Shown in pieces: positions 29,045-38,954 of a stretch of DNA of 64,000 nucleotides. A program made the position numbers and the translations under genes. Source of the DNA: a virus. The DNA lies in IMG/VR virus record IMGVR_UViG_3300020122_000503, positions 9,507-73,506 of that record; one strand, written 5' to 3'. The notes beneath the pieces are model-generated. The model worked only from the letters and a program-made list of their open reading frames with translations. It did not search any database and had not been told where the DNA came from. The stretch's first letter is position 1. The number at the start of each line of letters is the position of its first letter.

Positions 29045-29690
29045 CTCCTGCGCGCTCAACGTCGCCTGCACGCCGAACGCATCGGTTGCGTACAACTACT
29101 TCATCGGCAAGGGCCTGCGCGACTATCAGGCCGCAGCCGTAGTCGGAAACCTCCAACAGGAATCATTTCCGGAGATCAACACGCGGCTTGAGGTGCTCGA
29201 AAAGAAGAACCAGAAGATGAGCCGCGGCATCGCCATGTGGCAGCCGACTCGTTGGCAGAACCTTCTCACGTTCGCCGGCACGCGAGATCCGTGGGCACTT
29301 GGAACCCAACTCGACTTTCTCTGGTACGAGCTCGAATCCTCCTCGATGCTCGCGGCGCTTCAGGCGTCGCCGTCGCTCGAAGACGCGGTTTTGATGTTCC
29401 AAAACCAATTCGAGCGACCGGATCCGGTATGGGCTGCAACCGATCGGCGCATTTGCTACGCGAGGAACGCGCTTCAGTTTTGCGCGCTCGTCACGCCGCC
29501 CGAACCGGCGTCTAAACGTGGCGGCGTCGTTGTCGCCACCGTGGGCGTCTTAGCGTTCGTCACTGCCGCAGGCTATGGCGCGTACAAGTTACTCTCTCGC
29601 ACGCCTCGCCCGATCCCGCGACGGTTACCTCCAGAACCCGAGCCTGAACCTGTCTACTACCCACCGCCGAACCCGATGAGGCGATTTTGA
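29037..29690 (+). CDS. phage tail-type lysozyme with C-terminal membrane anchor
   Basis: AAAVVGNLQQES, GIAMW...RW, QLDFLWYEL, FERP; C-terminal hydrophobic helix. Confidence 0.85.
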   Translation: MPDSCALNVACTPNASVAYNYFIGKGLRDYQAAAVVGNLQQESFPEINTRLEVLEKKNQKMSRGIAMWQPTRWQNLLTFAGTRDPWALGTQLDFLWYELESSSMLAALQASPSLEDAVLMFQNQFERPDPVWAATDRRICYARNALQFCALVTPPEPASKRGGVVVATVGVLAFVTAAGYGAYKLLSRTPRPIPRRLPPEPEPEPVYYPPPNPMRRF

Positions 29691-30082
29691 AACCGCTCGC
29701 TTGGGCAATGATCGCCGGAGCGGCGACGGCGATCGGACTCAGTCTCGTCACACGAAAAGCAAAGGCGCAAACAATGCCGGCACCTGGATTCGATCCGACG
29801 AAAACCTACGGAGAGACCACACTAGTCCCCCTCGCGGTCCCGAGCGGCTGGCGCCGTGCGACGGGCACAGAGGTCGCGACGCTCCCCGAGCTAGGCGTCG
29901 CTGCGAACGCGCTCCGCAACACGCCAGGCTTCACGAGCATGCAATACGGCACGCTCTCGTCGTTCGTAGCGAGCGACGGAAACACGTACGCAACCTGGGT
30001 CGAGCAGCACTACCACGATCCTGGCGGCTCGATTAAGCCGTGGGGCTACCACCACGGCGTCACAATCTTGGCGGCGACGTGA
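29687..30082 (+). CDS. membrane-anchored hypothetical protein
   Basis: N-terminal hydrophobic helix; EQHYH...HHGVT motif. Confidence 0.6.
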   Translation: MKPLAWAMIAGAATAIGLSLVTRKAKAQTMPAPGFDPTKTYGETTLVPLAVPSGWRRATGTEVATLPELGVAANALRNTPGFTSMQYGTLSSFVASDGNTYATWVEQHYHDPGGSIKPWGYHHGVTILAAT

Positions 30083-30315
30083 AACGTTATTTCATTTGGT
30101 GGGTGGAGCGCCCGGGTCAGCCGAACGGCGGACAGTGGTACGGTTGGCGTTATCTCACCGACTACGAAGCGTTTCAAGAGCAGCTCTCGATCAACACATC
30201 GACCCCTGACGTCTCGAAGCTCTACCGCTGGATTTGGGACGGCTCCGAATGGCAGTACGACGCTCGGCCCGACGGAGATCTAGTGACGAGCGGCGTACAT
30301 TTCGCTTGGCTTTAA
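30079..30315 (+). CDS. small Trp-rich hypothetical protein
   Basis: GTGA overlap start; aromatic-rich. Confidence 0.55.
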   Translation: MKRYFIWWVERPGQPNGGQWYGWRYLTDYEAFQEQLSINTSTPDVSKLYRWIWDGSEWQYDARPDGDLVTSGVHFAWL

Positions 30316-30371
30316 TGCGGAATTCACAGCACATTTCAACCGACTCCGGAATGGTGATACGCTCTTAGCCC

Positions 30372-32003
30372 ATGGACGTCGGCTTGGGCGGTAGCCCCAC
30401 ACGGAGGTTCGGTCCGTACCCGGGCACTCTCGGCTTCGTCGGCGCCCCCGCAGTGAAGTACGTGGGCGACAAGCTCTGGCCGAACCAGAGCCTTCACATC
30501 AACGAAGGTCTCAAATCTCGGAACGGTCGCGTCCGAGTCGTTCTTCAAAGCGACGGCAACTGCGTCCTCTATGGCGACAACCAACCGCTCTGGTGGACCG
30601 GCGCGCGCCCTGACGTAAAAATCGCCACGATGCAAGGGGACGGTAACTTCGTCCTCAACCCTGGCGCCGTGTGGGCTTCCGATACATCGGGCCACCCTGG
30701 CGGCTACCTCTTCTTGCAAGACGACGCGAACCTCGTTCTCTATTGGCGTGTCGGCGGGAGCGCGCTCTGGTCGAGTCAGACTGCCGGCTTCAGTTACTAC
30801 GGCGGCCCCGGGAAACCGATCACGCTCGACGACGTGCTAGAGGTTGCGAGCGATGTGGTGTCCGCCGCAGAGGTGGTGGTTTCGTTCGTTCCAGTCATCG
30901 GCACCGGCATCAACGCAGCCATCGCTGCCGGCGTCGCGCTCGCCAAGGGCGCGAACATCGACGACGCCTTCATCGAAGGAGCGAAGAACGCGCTCCCGGG
31001 CGGTCCCGTCGCAGCGCAGGCCCTCGACGCCGGCATCGCCGCAGTCAAAGCAATCGCACAAGGCAAAAGCATCGGCGACATTGGACTCGCCGCAGCACGC
31101 GAGGCAATCCCGAGCGACGTGGGAAAGAAGGCCTTCGACGTGGGCGTCGCACTCGCACACGGTCAGAACGTGCAGCAGGCGATCATCAGCGGCGCCGCAA
31201 GTCTCGCGGCGAACGCGCTTGCGCCCCTCGCGTTGCCAGACTCTTTGCAAAACATCGCCAAATCTCTCCCACCGGAGACGACTCGTGTCGCGACGGCGAT
31301 CTTCAACCGGCCCGAGCTCCAAGGGAAGAGCGTCACGGAAATCGCCGCCGCAACGAAATCGGATCCGGCAACGGTCACGCAAGCCACCCAGGCCGTCGGA
31401 TCTGCCTGGCAAGCGCTCGCATCGCTCACTCCCGCGCAGCAGAAAGCGCTCGCCGGCTGGGCTACGCTCTCGAAGCTCTCCCCCGATCAGCAAAAGGCGC
31501 TCGTCGCGCTCGCCAAAAAGAAGCCTCCGACCCTCCACGAGGCGAAGGCCGTGGCCGTGGCAGCCAAACCCAAACCCAAAACCAAGGCGCCGGTATTGGT
31601 CGCCTCGAACACGCCCAAGAAGCCCACAGGAGCCACCATGAAAGCGTTCGGACCTTACCCGAAGTCAACCGGAGCGGTCAGCGCCCCACCGCCACACGGC
31701 GGGCACCACGGCGGCGGAGGCCACCACGACGGCGGACACGGCGGAAGGGTCTTCCGTGGCGGCCGGCGCGTCCCCGGCTGGGGTTGGGGCGAGCAGTGGG
31801 CTACCGAGCTCGTCGTCACCGAGACCTGTCAGACGTGGAGCGATCCCGTCTCGATGCCGATTTCGATGCAGACAGCGGCGAAGGTCGCGGTCGGCGCTTC
31901 GGGCGGTCGCCCGACGACGCTCCGGGGCGACGACGGCAGGCTCTACCAACTCGAGCTCGTGAGAGGCGTCATCATCGCGCGTGTGTGCGTCGCGTCCGCT
32001 TGA
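30372..32003 (+). CDS. bulb-type (GNA/B-lectin) domain protein
   Basis: Three QxDxNxVxY-like motifs (QSDGNCVLY, QGDGNFVLN, QDDANLVLY) followed by an Ala-rich hydrophobic region. Confidence 0.85.
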   Translation: MDVGLGGSPTRRFGPYPGTLGFVGAPAVKYVGDKLWPNQSLHINEGLKSRNGRVRVVLQSDGNCVLYGDNQPLWWTGARPDVKIATMQGDGNFVLNPGAVWASDTSGHPGGYLFLQDDANLVLYWRVGGSALWSSQTAGFSYYGGPGKPITLDDVLEVASDVVSAAEVVVSFVPVIGTGINAAIAAGVALAKGANIDDAFIEGAKNALPGGPVAAQALDAGIAAVKAIAQGKSIGDIGLAAAREAIPSDVGKKAFDVGVALAHGQNVQQAIISGAASLAANALAPLALPDSLQNIAKSLPPETTRVATAIFNRPELQGKSVTEIAAATKSDPATVTQATQAVGSAWQALASLTPAQQKALAGWATLSKLSPDQQKALVALAKKKPPTLHEAKAVAVAAKPKPKTKAPVLVASNTPKKPTGATMKAFGPYPKSTGAVSAPPPHGGHHGGGGHHDGGHGGRVFRGGRRVPGWGWGEQWATELVVTETCQTWSDPVSMPISMQTAAKVAVGASGGRPTTLRGDDGRLYQLELVRGVIIARVCVASA

Positions 32004-32009
32004 GGACGC

Positions 32010-32183
32010 ATGCTCTACTACGTGTACGGGCTAATCGACGGCGAGTGGCAGCCGATAGACGGAAAATGGCTTGAGCTCGGCGAGTCGCAAATATCGACGA
32101 GCCTCGCTTACCAAAGAGGCGCCAAAACGGTCGGCATGTACACCTGGAACGGCACTAACATGACGTGGAGCACAGGCATATGA
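32010..32183 (+). CDS. small hypothetical protein (57 aa, not in the ORF track)
   Basis: GAGG RBS; MLYYVYGLIDGEWQPIDG...; stop overlaps the next ATG. Confidence 0.55.
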   Translation: MLYYVYGLIDGEWQPIDGKWLELGESQISTSLAYQRGAKTVGMYTWNGTNMTWSTGI

Positions 32184-32500
32184 GCCGAAAGAAGCACCTC
32201 CCCGGCTGGTTTCCGTTCGCGCTCGGCGCCGCGGCCGTGACGGCGCTCTTCGCGGGCGCAAGATCGGGCTGGAGGCTCTCGAGCTCGAAACCGGCACCCA
32301 CACCGCCTACGCCCCAGACCGGCGTACTCGGCGCCTGGGGGCCCGTCATCACGCGCATGTCGCGTGACATGGATCACGCAGGACGATCTGCGGTTCACGG
32401 CTCAGGCGGTCGACCTCGGAAGGTGCTCGCGCCGGACGGCACTACGTACCTTTTCGCGATCGAAAACGGCACACTAACCGCACGGCCCCAAGTCGCTTGA
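32180..32500 (+). CDS. membrane-anchored protein sharing a C-terminal domain with the lectin protein
   Basis: N-terminal hydrophobic helix; SGGRP...DGxxY...GxxxAR as in 30372-32003. Confidence 0.6.
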   Translation: MSRKKHLPGWFPFALGAAAVTALFAGARSGWRLSSSKPAPTPPTPQTGVLGAWGPVITRMSRDMDHAGRSAVHGSGGRPRKVLAPDGTTYLFAIENGTLTARPQVA

Positions 32501-32572
32501 ACTGCCAAACGGTGTAGAGCGCGAAGATCGATAAGGCGAGAGCGCCTACGGCTTCTTGGACGCGGCGAACGA

Positions 32573-32950
32573 TCACGAGAAGAGTGCCTTAGCTAGAAGC
32601 TTCTCCAATTCGCCAAGCGCTTCTTCGTGATTTTTTCCGGCCGCTTCCGGGCCGTCGTCTTCAGGATCGTCACTCGAGGCTCGCGCGTGCACCATGCCGT
32701 CTTCGCCGAGCTCGGTGATGATGAAGCGCACGGTAGGCGGCTTTCCGGCAAGCCAAGCGTCTACGGCTTTGGGGCGTCGAAGTATCTGTAGTTCTGCGGC
32801 GAGCTTTGTGCACCGCACGCACATACACGGCTGGTTTGGACAAATGCGGACCATCTCTCGACGCACGTCCTCATCCGAGTGCGCTCCGGTCCAACCGTTT
32901 TCCGCGGAATAAAAAGGCGGATCGCTCCAGTCAGTCTTTACTTCTCCCAC
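32573..32950 (-). CDS. hypothetical protein
   Basis: 125-aa ORF with a Cys cluster. Confidence 0.5.
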   Translation of the reverse strand: MGEVKTDWSDPPFYSAENGWTGAHSDEDVRREMVRICPNQPCMCVRCTKLAAELQILRRPKAVDAWLAGKPPTVRFIITELGEDGMVHARASSDDPEDDGPEAAGKNHEEALGELEKLLAKALFS

Positions 32951-33285
32951 GGCAAAATCCCCTTCGCCTTCTCGCGCATCTCCGCCTGACGCTCCGGCGA
33001 GAGCTTCGAAAAGAGGTTCTCGACCTTCTCGTCTGGCGCTGCGCGCTTTCGAAGATCGGCCGTCTGCCAGATGTCTTTGATCTTCGCGCGCTGCTTCTCG
33101 GTGAACTCGAGCGTGTCGTCGTGCTGCTGCCGCACGCTCTTGATGAAGTTCTTCTCCCAGTCAGAAAAGTGAATACCACCTCGCTCGGGCGGCACATCGA
33201 CGAGCTCTTCGAGATCGGCGAGTTGCTTCAACGCTACGGTGTCTTTGCGGAGCTCGAGGACGGTCGGGTGGTTGTCGATGGTCAT
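32938..33285 (-). CDS. hypothetical phage protein
   Basis: SDWEKNFIKSV...TEKQ motif; coupled to neighbours. Confidence 0.6.
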   Translation of the reverse strand: MTIDNHPTVLELRKDTVALKQLADLEELVDVPPERGGIHFSDWEKNFIKSVRQQHDDTLEFTEKQRAKIKDIWQTADLRKRAAPDEKVENLFSKLSPERQAEMREKAKGILPWEK

Positions 33286-35016
33286 TCTGAAAGCTCCTCT
33301 GAAAGCCGAAGCTCCCCACGCCCTTCGACGAGCTCCAACGTTCGAAGTCTCGACAGGTACGTCGAGAACGTTCCGCTCCTGTGACTGATCCCTGCGGCTT
33401 CTCCGAGTTCTTCGTTCGTTAGCGGTCCTTGTACGTCGGCAAGAACGGCGAGCATGCGACTCGCCCCGCCCTTGAGCTCACGAAGCCAGTACTCGACCAG
33501 GTCTCGCCCTTCTGGGAGCGGGTTCCAGTGTCCGAGCGCCAAGAGCCCCGCATCCGTTATCGACCGCTTCTCTCCAACGTCGACGATCCATCCTTCTGAG
33601 CGCCCACGCGACAGGTACGTCGAGAAAGTACCCGAACGCGACGACAGGCCTGCGCGTACGCCGAGCTGTCGATTGGTGAGACCCTGCGGGCGCTGCGCGA
33701 GCGCGATCATCATCCGACGAAGGCCACCGCCTACGGGCGACGCACCGTTCGTCGTACCGTTCGACTTCTGGTATTCGGTAATCGCCGCCTGAGTCTTAGG
33801 CCCAACAATCACCGGCTTGGCAGGCACGCCTACGACGCGCTGGAACGTAGACACGGCCGAGCTACTTTTGGCTTTCGCCAGCGTCTTCCTCAAGTCTTCG
33901 TTGTGAATTACCTCTTCGTCGACGAGCACGTTGATTGCTGCCTCTTCCGTGGCACGGAACGCACGCTTCAACTCGTCGGACAGACGGCGGCGTATGCGTT
34001 TCCAATCAACACGCGCCGGCACCTCGTGGATCTTGTTTTTAACGACGATCACTTGTTTGGCTGCGGTCTTCTTCGCTAGCCCCTTCTCGAGCTCGGCGAT
34101 CCGCTTTCGAAGTTCCTTCGGGTCTTCAGCCTTCGAGCGCTCGATGGTTGCGGCCATCTCCTTCTCGAGCCCTCTCAGATCAATCGGTCGGAGCGCCTTC
34201 CGTTTGAACTTCTTGTCCCCGACCTTCGGCGTTCGCGACGTGTCGAGGCTCTCGATCGGCAAGATGTGCACGACCTTCGAGACCTTTAGCCACTGCGGGC
34301 TCCACACGTGCGGCGCACCGACCTCGAGCCGAGGAAGAATGTCCTCGAGCTTCTCTTCGGCACCCTTGTCGTTGAGCCAGTACTGAAGCGCCTTCCGCTC
34401 GTGCGGGCCGTTCATCTGAAACGCGAAGACGCACTCGGCTTGGTTGAGCGCCTTCTTCGAGATCTCCTGCGGACGCTGTGAAATGAAGCTCATTCCGATG
34501 CCGTGAGGACGCCCCTGCTTCGCGAGCCGCTGAAAACTCGTGAAGCATTTGCTCTTCGCCTCGTTGCTGGTTTTCGGGGACGAAGTCCTGGCACTCCTCG
34601 AGCACCAGGTGCACGGCGCTCGGCGAGCTCTTCTTTCGAAAGAAGAACCGCTCTGCAAACGCTGTCGCGAACCGCGTGCGTTCGGCGTCGCGCATCTGGC
34701 TCACATCGAGCACCACGCTCGTTCGCTTGTCGACGATCACGTCGGCAACGAGAGCGCCGCCCGTAGGCTCGAGAGGGATGTCGCCGTAAAGACCTCCGAA
34801 CACAGGGATGTTGAACGCCTTCTTCCCGAGTCGGAGACCCGCCCACGCACACGAGCCGTCGAGGATCACGACCTGCACGTTCGCATGGAGCATCTGCTCG
34901 ACGAAACGTTTGCAACCGAAAGTCTTTCCGCTCCCCGTCCGACCGAGCCACGTGATCTTCTGTGTGACGGCATCTAGCGGCAGGTTGAGCTCACGGGCGA
35001 TTCGAAACGATCTCAT
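33282..35016 (-). pseudogene. HerA/FtsK-like ATPase with tandem C-terminal wHTH, split by a 1-nt frameshift
   Basis: Walker A GRTGSGKT and Walker B LVLEE in one frame; QRLAKQGR...SQRP in another; extra base in the A4 run at 34533-34536. Confidence 0.8.
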
Positions 35017-35450
35017 GATGCGTCTTTCTTTTCTGTTTGTCTGCGAGCCATCTCTTGAGCAGCCAAGTCGGTGATGGCTCCGAGCGGATCCGCCAAGAGC
35101 CCGAGTATTGTCTTCGTCGCGTCGGGCAAGTCACTCGCATAGAGCTCCCTTCGAAATCGGCGGCGTTCTTCGAGCTCCGTCAGAAGCGCCGTGCCGCGTG
35201 CTATCAGCTTGTCGAAGCGCCGCGCTTGACGAGCCTTCATCCTGGCTTTGCGTACGCGCTTGGCGCGGCTCACGGGACCGCCTTCCAGGTCACGTACACG
35301 TTGCGATCGTCGAAGGTGACGGTCGCACACCGGGAGCTCTTTCTTCAGCGCGCGCCAAAGCTGCTTCGGCTTTGGGTGGTTGATGGTGACCTTCGGCTGC
35401 GTCGCGAGGGCGATGCGGACTTGGGTAGTGAGATCGCGGAGGGAGATCAT
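35013..35450 (-). CDS. hypothetical protein
   Basis: 145-aa ORF with ATGA overlaps. Confidence 0.55.
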   Translation of the reverse strand: MISLRDLTTQVRIALATQPKVTINHPKPKQLWRALKKELPVCDRHLRRSQRVRDLEGGPVSRAKRVRKARMKARQARRFDKLIARGTALLTELEERRRFRRELYASDLPDATKTILGLLADPLGAITDLAAQEMARRQTEKKDAS

Positions 35451-35803
35451 CGAGGCGCCTTTTGCGCATCACGACTCGACTGCGCCACGCGCACATTCAA
35501 TTCAGCCGCTCTATTGTCGCCACCAGGACTGTCGTCGGGATGCCAAGTCGCCGCTAATCCCCACTTGATGAAAAGATCCTCCAGCGTAAATTCGCCGTTC
35601 TGTCTCACGTGAGCGACATCGACAAGAAATTCGCTCGCCTCACGATCCATTCCCTTGAGTTGATTGACACGCAAGTAATCACGCGCCGTGGACAACGGAC
35701 GACGATGATCCAGAAAACGACCTCGAAGCACAGTCGAGTAAAGACGGAACCAGAGGTGTCGAAAAAACTCCTCTTCCTCCTGAGCGTTGAGACGTTTTTT
35801 CAT
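35447..35803 (-). CDS. hypothetical protein
   Basis: Start MKKRLNAQ overlapping the recombinase stop; HPD motif near the C-terminus. Confidence 0.55.
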   Translation of the reverse strand: MKKRLNAQEEEEFFRHLWFRLYSTVLRGRFLDHRRPLSTARDYLRVNQLKGMDREASEFLVDVAHVRQNGEFTLEDLFIKWGLAATWHPDDSPGGDNRAAELNVRVAQSSRDAQKAPR

Positions 35804-36909
35804 TTCGGTTCTTCCTTCTTTTTCGCTAACCCTTTCGTCGGATTGTTCTCGAACGGCGTCGCGTGCTCGATGTAGCCGCGCGCCACTTTCTCGCTCACCC
35901 AACCGCCCTGACGCATGATGTCTCGTTGTGCCGTACCTTTCTGAGCGAACGTGGTAGCGGCTCCTCGACGCAAACTGTGGCTGGCGAAACGACGCACCAA
36001 GAGCACACACGACTCGCATTCAGAAATCTCGCGCATCGACTTGTGTCCGTGGTCCGGATTCGCTGCGAGACGTTTGACGAGCCGCGAGACAGTGCGTTCA
36101 CTGATCGGAAAAATCAGATCGTCGGGCTTGAACCGGTTGAGCCGAAAGTGCTCTTGGAGCGCCTTCATCGGGCAAACCACCTCGTCCTCCTGCGCGTAGC
36201 TGACCGCGTCGCGCCCCTCTTTGATCTGGTCCGTCTTGCTGCTCGGGAGATAAACCATGATCCCGTTCGAGCGCTCATGATCCTCGACCCAGGATCCGTC
36301 TTCTTCGACCTTTACGAACCTGACGTGCTCTCGTCGAATGGCGACCAGGTTGGCGCTCCGGAGCGCACAGAACCATCCGACGGTCAGCATCGCTCGGTTT
36401 CGAACGCCCTCGGCATCGGCTCCTAGACGCGCGCAGACGTCGATCAGTACCTTGATTCCGAGCGGCGCCTTCTTGGTTTGCTTCACCCCCACCGTGTTCC
36501 TGATCCCCTTGAGCGTCTGACGCACGACCCGGGCGTTCCGTACGAAATCGAGGCCGGCCTCATCGTGGTAGTGCCCGGCGGCCGAGAGAAAGCGCGATAT
36601 GCTCGAAACGCTGTAGCCCTCGGCAGCGAGCCAGCTCAGGTGGGCCGCCACGACCTCCGGTGGCGCAGGGAGGAAAGGGGCCCGGTTGGCCGTCGCCCAG
36701 GCTTGGAAGCGCGCCCAATCGCCTGCGTAGCCCCTCCGGGTGTTGTTGGCCCTGGACTGCCGCTGGAACTCCTGGGAGCGCCGGAGGTCCGCCACGAGGC
36801 CGGGAGACAGCCCGTCCGGCTGGGCAACGACGAGATCGGCGGTGAACGCCTTCGGTTCGTCATCGTTTTTTCCAGTGTCGCCGTTACCCGCCACGGTTTG
36901 TCCGATCAT
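35800..36909 (-). CDS. tyrosine recombinase (integrase/resolvase)
   Basis: N-terminal SAM-like NTRRGY...W; catalytic R (LRSANL), K (SKTDQ), HxxR (HSLRR), W (GGW), Y (RGY). Confidence 0.92.
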   Translation of the reverse strand: MIGQTVAGNGDTGKNDDEPKAFTADLVVAQPDGLSPGLVADLRRSQEFQRQSRANNTRRGYAGDWARFQAWATANRAPFLPAPPEVVAAHLSWLAAEGYSVSSISRFLSAAGHYHDEAGLDFVRNARVVRQTLKGIRNTVGVKQTKKAPLGIKVLIDVCARLGADAEGVRNRAMLTVGWFCALRSANLVAIRREHVRFVKVEEDGSWVEDHERSNGIMVYLPSSKTDQIKEGRDAVSYAQEDEVVCPMKALQEHFRLNRFKPDDLIFPISERTVSRLVKRLAANPDHGHKSMREISECESCVLLVRRFASHSLRRGAATTFAQKGTAQRDIMRQGGWVSEKVARGYIEHATPFENNPTKGLAKKKEEPK

Positions 36910-36927
36910 AAACCATTATCGGACAAA
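36897..36927. promoter_or_regulatory. palindromic putative recombinase binding/res site overlapping the recombinase start codon
   Basis: TTTGTCCGAT-N11-ATCGGACAAA perfect 10-bp inverted repeat. Confidence 0.65.
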
Positions 36928-36990
36928 GCCTGCGCCGTCCAGAGCTTCGTATTCGAGCTGCAATCGCACTACGCCCGCGGCCCCATGCCC

Positions 36991-37050
36991 GGCTTTTCGG
37001 GTGGCTCTGATCCGGCTCTGGTGCGGCTTTTCGGGTGGCTTTCCGGGTGG
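36991..37050. repeat. direct repeats GGCTTTTCGGGTGGCT (2 full copies plus 1 partial)
   Basis: Copies at 36991-37006 and 37025-37040 followed by TTCCGGGTGG, in a divergent intergenic region. Confidence 0.65.
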
Positions 37051-37089
37051 ACGTGTTACTCGACCACGATCGGGCGTACTCTCTGGGGC

Positions 37090-38628
37090 ATGTCGGATCA
37101 GCTAATTCTCGCGTGGACCGTCGACGTCGCAGGCAGCTCTTTCGGGCCAATTGAAGCGGCAACCGCGCTCGCAGCCGTTCCGCTCTACGTCGATGCGACG
37201 ACGGACCCCGTTCTAGGTCAGTACTTCGGGCTCACCGTCGAGAACGATGCGACGACGAACGACACGACGAGCGCGACGCGCACGCTGACCCTCAACATGA
37301 CGAGCGCGAACAGGCCCGAGGCGCCACCCCCGTTCCCCTGTCATCCGATCACGTCGACCCCGCCGACGCTCCCGTATCCGCTCCGTGCGAGAAAGGCGCT
37401 TCCCGGATCGTTCTTCGTGCAGACGGGCTCGGCGATTGTCGCGACGTCGGCAACGCAGCTTCCGTCACTGGTCGATGACGACGAGCTCGTCACTATCCAG
37501 TTTCTTTCACAAGTAGGTGTGCCCTACGAAGCCGAAATCGTTGCGAGCGCGACGCAAATAGAAATCGATCCCCCGTTCACCGGCACGTCGGGGGAGACGG
37601 GTGCGTTCAAAGAATTCGCCGCGCCGTGTCCTCTCAACCGCGCGGCCGCCTACTCGAGCTCCGAGCTCGACACCGCCGGAGTTGCAACGATACCGCCGAT
37701 CCCAGCGGGAGCGGGCGCACGAACAGTCGAGCTCACCTACAACGACTCGGCGGGGAACGGCCCCTTCACCGCGACCGCAACGCTCACGGGCAAACGCCCC
37801 GCTCTCTTCAACTTCGGAGAGTCGTTCGGCTTGGACATCGCTGAGATCGTGAACCTCGTCGTCACGAGCACCGGTGGGTTCAACAACAGCATCGGGGAAA
37901 TTACAGTCGTCGAACTATCGGACGCGCTCCCCGTTCTTCCACCGAACCTCCCGCTCGGAACGGGCGTCGGCGCCGCCGAGACGACGCGCGGCAAAGTCGG
38001 CGCCGTGCCCCCGCGTACGTTCAAGACGATGACCGACGACGCGCAGCTTCTCATCCTACGGCATCTCGCATACCTGCCGCCGAGCTTCTTTGCACTCGCA
38101 CAGCAGCAAGTATCAGCCCCTCAGCTCGAGGGCGATTTCATTGTCACGACCAAGTCCGTCGAGGTGTTCACGACGGTCGATCAGACAGGAGTTCTCAGCG
38201 AGGGCGACTTCATCGAGTTCGCGATACAGCCCGGCACGCTCTACCAGATCGCGGAGCTCACCGATCGGATCCTCACGCTCACGAGCGAGTTTTTGGGCAT
38301 CGACACCAACAACACGGGGCTACTCAACACGCCGATGAACAACAGCGCTCAAACGAAGGGCAACATCGGAACGATCATCAACAGCCAGCCGACGGGCGCG
38401 CGGTCGCCGGCAATCGCAGGAACCCCGAGCAACGATCAACTCTCGGGACCGCTTGGAGGGTTCGTGGCGCCTGGAGTTGCTGAGCCGCCACCGAACCCGC
38501 CACTCGCTCCGGCGACAATGACGCCGCCAACCACTGCTCCGGCATTCCTCTCGGACCTATTCACGCGAACGATTCAGCTCGCGCTCGCCGGGGTGCCAAT
38601 CAAGGCGCAACCGATCACGTTCGCATGA
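37090..38628 (+). CDS. beta-rich putative structural protein
   Basis: T/P/G-rich, about 512 aa; start placed at MSDQLILAW. Confidence 0.55.
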   Translation: MSDQLILAWTVDVAGSSFGPIEAATALAAVPLYVDATTDPVLGQYFGLTVENDATTNDTTSATRTLTLNMTSANRPEAPPPFPCHPITSTPPTLPYPLRARKALPGSFFVQTGSAIVATSATQLPSLVDDDELVTIQFLSQVGVPYEAEIVASATQIEIDPPFTGTSGETGAFKEFAAPCPLNRAAAYSSSELDTAGVATIPPIPAGAGARTVELTYNDSAGNGPFTATATLTGKRPALFNFGESFGLDIAEIVNLVVTSTGGFNNSIGEITVVELSDALPVLPPNLPLGTGVGAAETTRGKVGAVPPRTFKTMTDDAQLLILRHLAYLPPSFFALAQQQVSAPQLEGDFIVTTKSVEVFTTVDQTGVLSEGDFIEFAIQPGTLYQIAELTDRILTLTSEFLGIDTNNTGLLNTPMNNSAQTKGNIGTIINSQPTGARSPAIAGTPSNDQLSGPLGGFVAPGVAEPPPNPPLAPATMTPPTTAPAFLSDLFTRTIQLALAGVPIKAQPITFA

Positions 38629-38712
38629 AAGAGCGACTCAGCCGGATGCTCGAAGCGGCGCACCGTATGCGCTTCGACGCGCCGCCTAGAGAGTTCTGGG
38701 CCGCGCTCGACG

Positions 38713-38937
38713 CTAATTCACTCCGGGCGGGGTCGGCTTCACAAGCGGCACGAGCTCGCGCGTCTTCTTGTAAGTGTCACGAGCAAGTAGAACGAACTCG
38801 TCCTCGGTAGCTCTCCGTTCGGTGTGCATGACGCAAAAAGCGTCGGCTAGCGCGACCGCGGACGTGAGCAAAACTTTCGCTCGAACGGGCGCACCTAGAT
38901 CTTGGAATTCATCTAAGAGTTCTAGGACGCGCTTCAT
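38713..38937 (-). CDS. hypothetical protein
   Basis: Short ORF downstream of thyX. Confidence 0.45.
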   Translation of the reverse strand: MKRVLELLDEFQDLGAPVRAKVLLTSAVALADAFCVMHTERRATEDEFVLLARDTYKKTRELVPLVKPTPPGVN

Positions 38938-38954
38938 GTAATCGTCTTCTCGTT

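Noticed and set aside
33282-35016. Terminase or definite packaging ATPase
   Set aside because: Motifs fit HerA-like ATPases with wHTH tails, no nuclease domain is visible, and the gene lies outside the structural operon.
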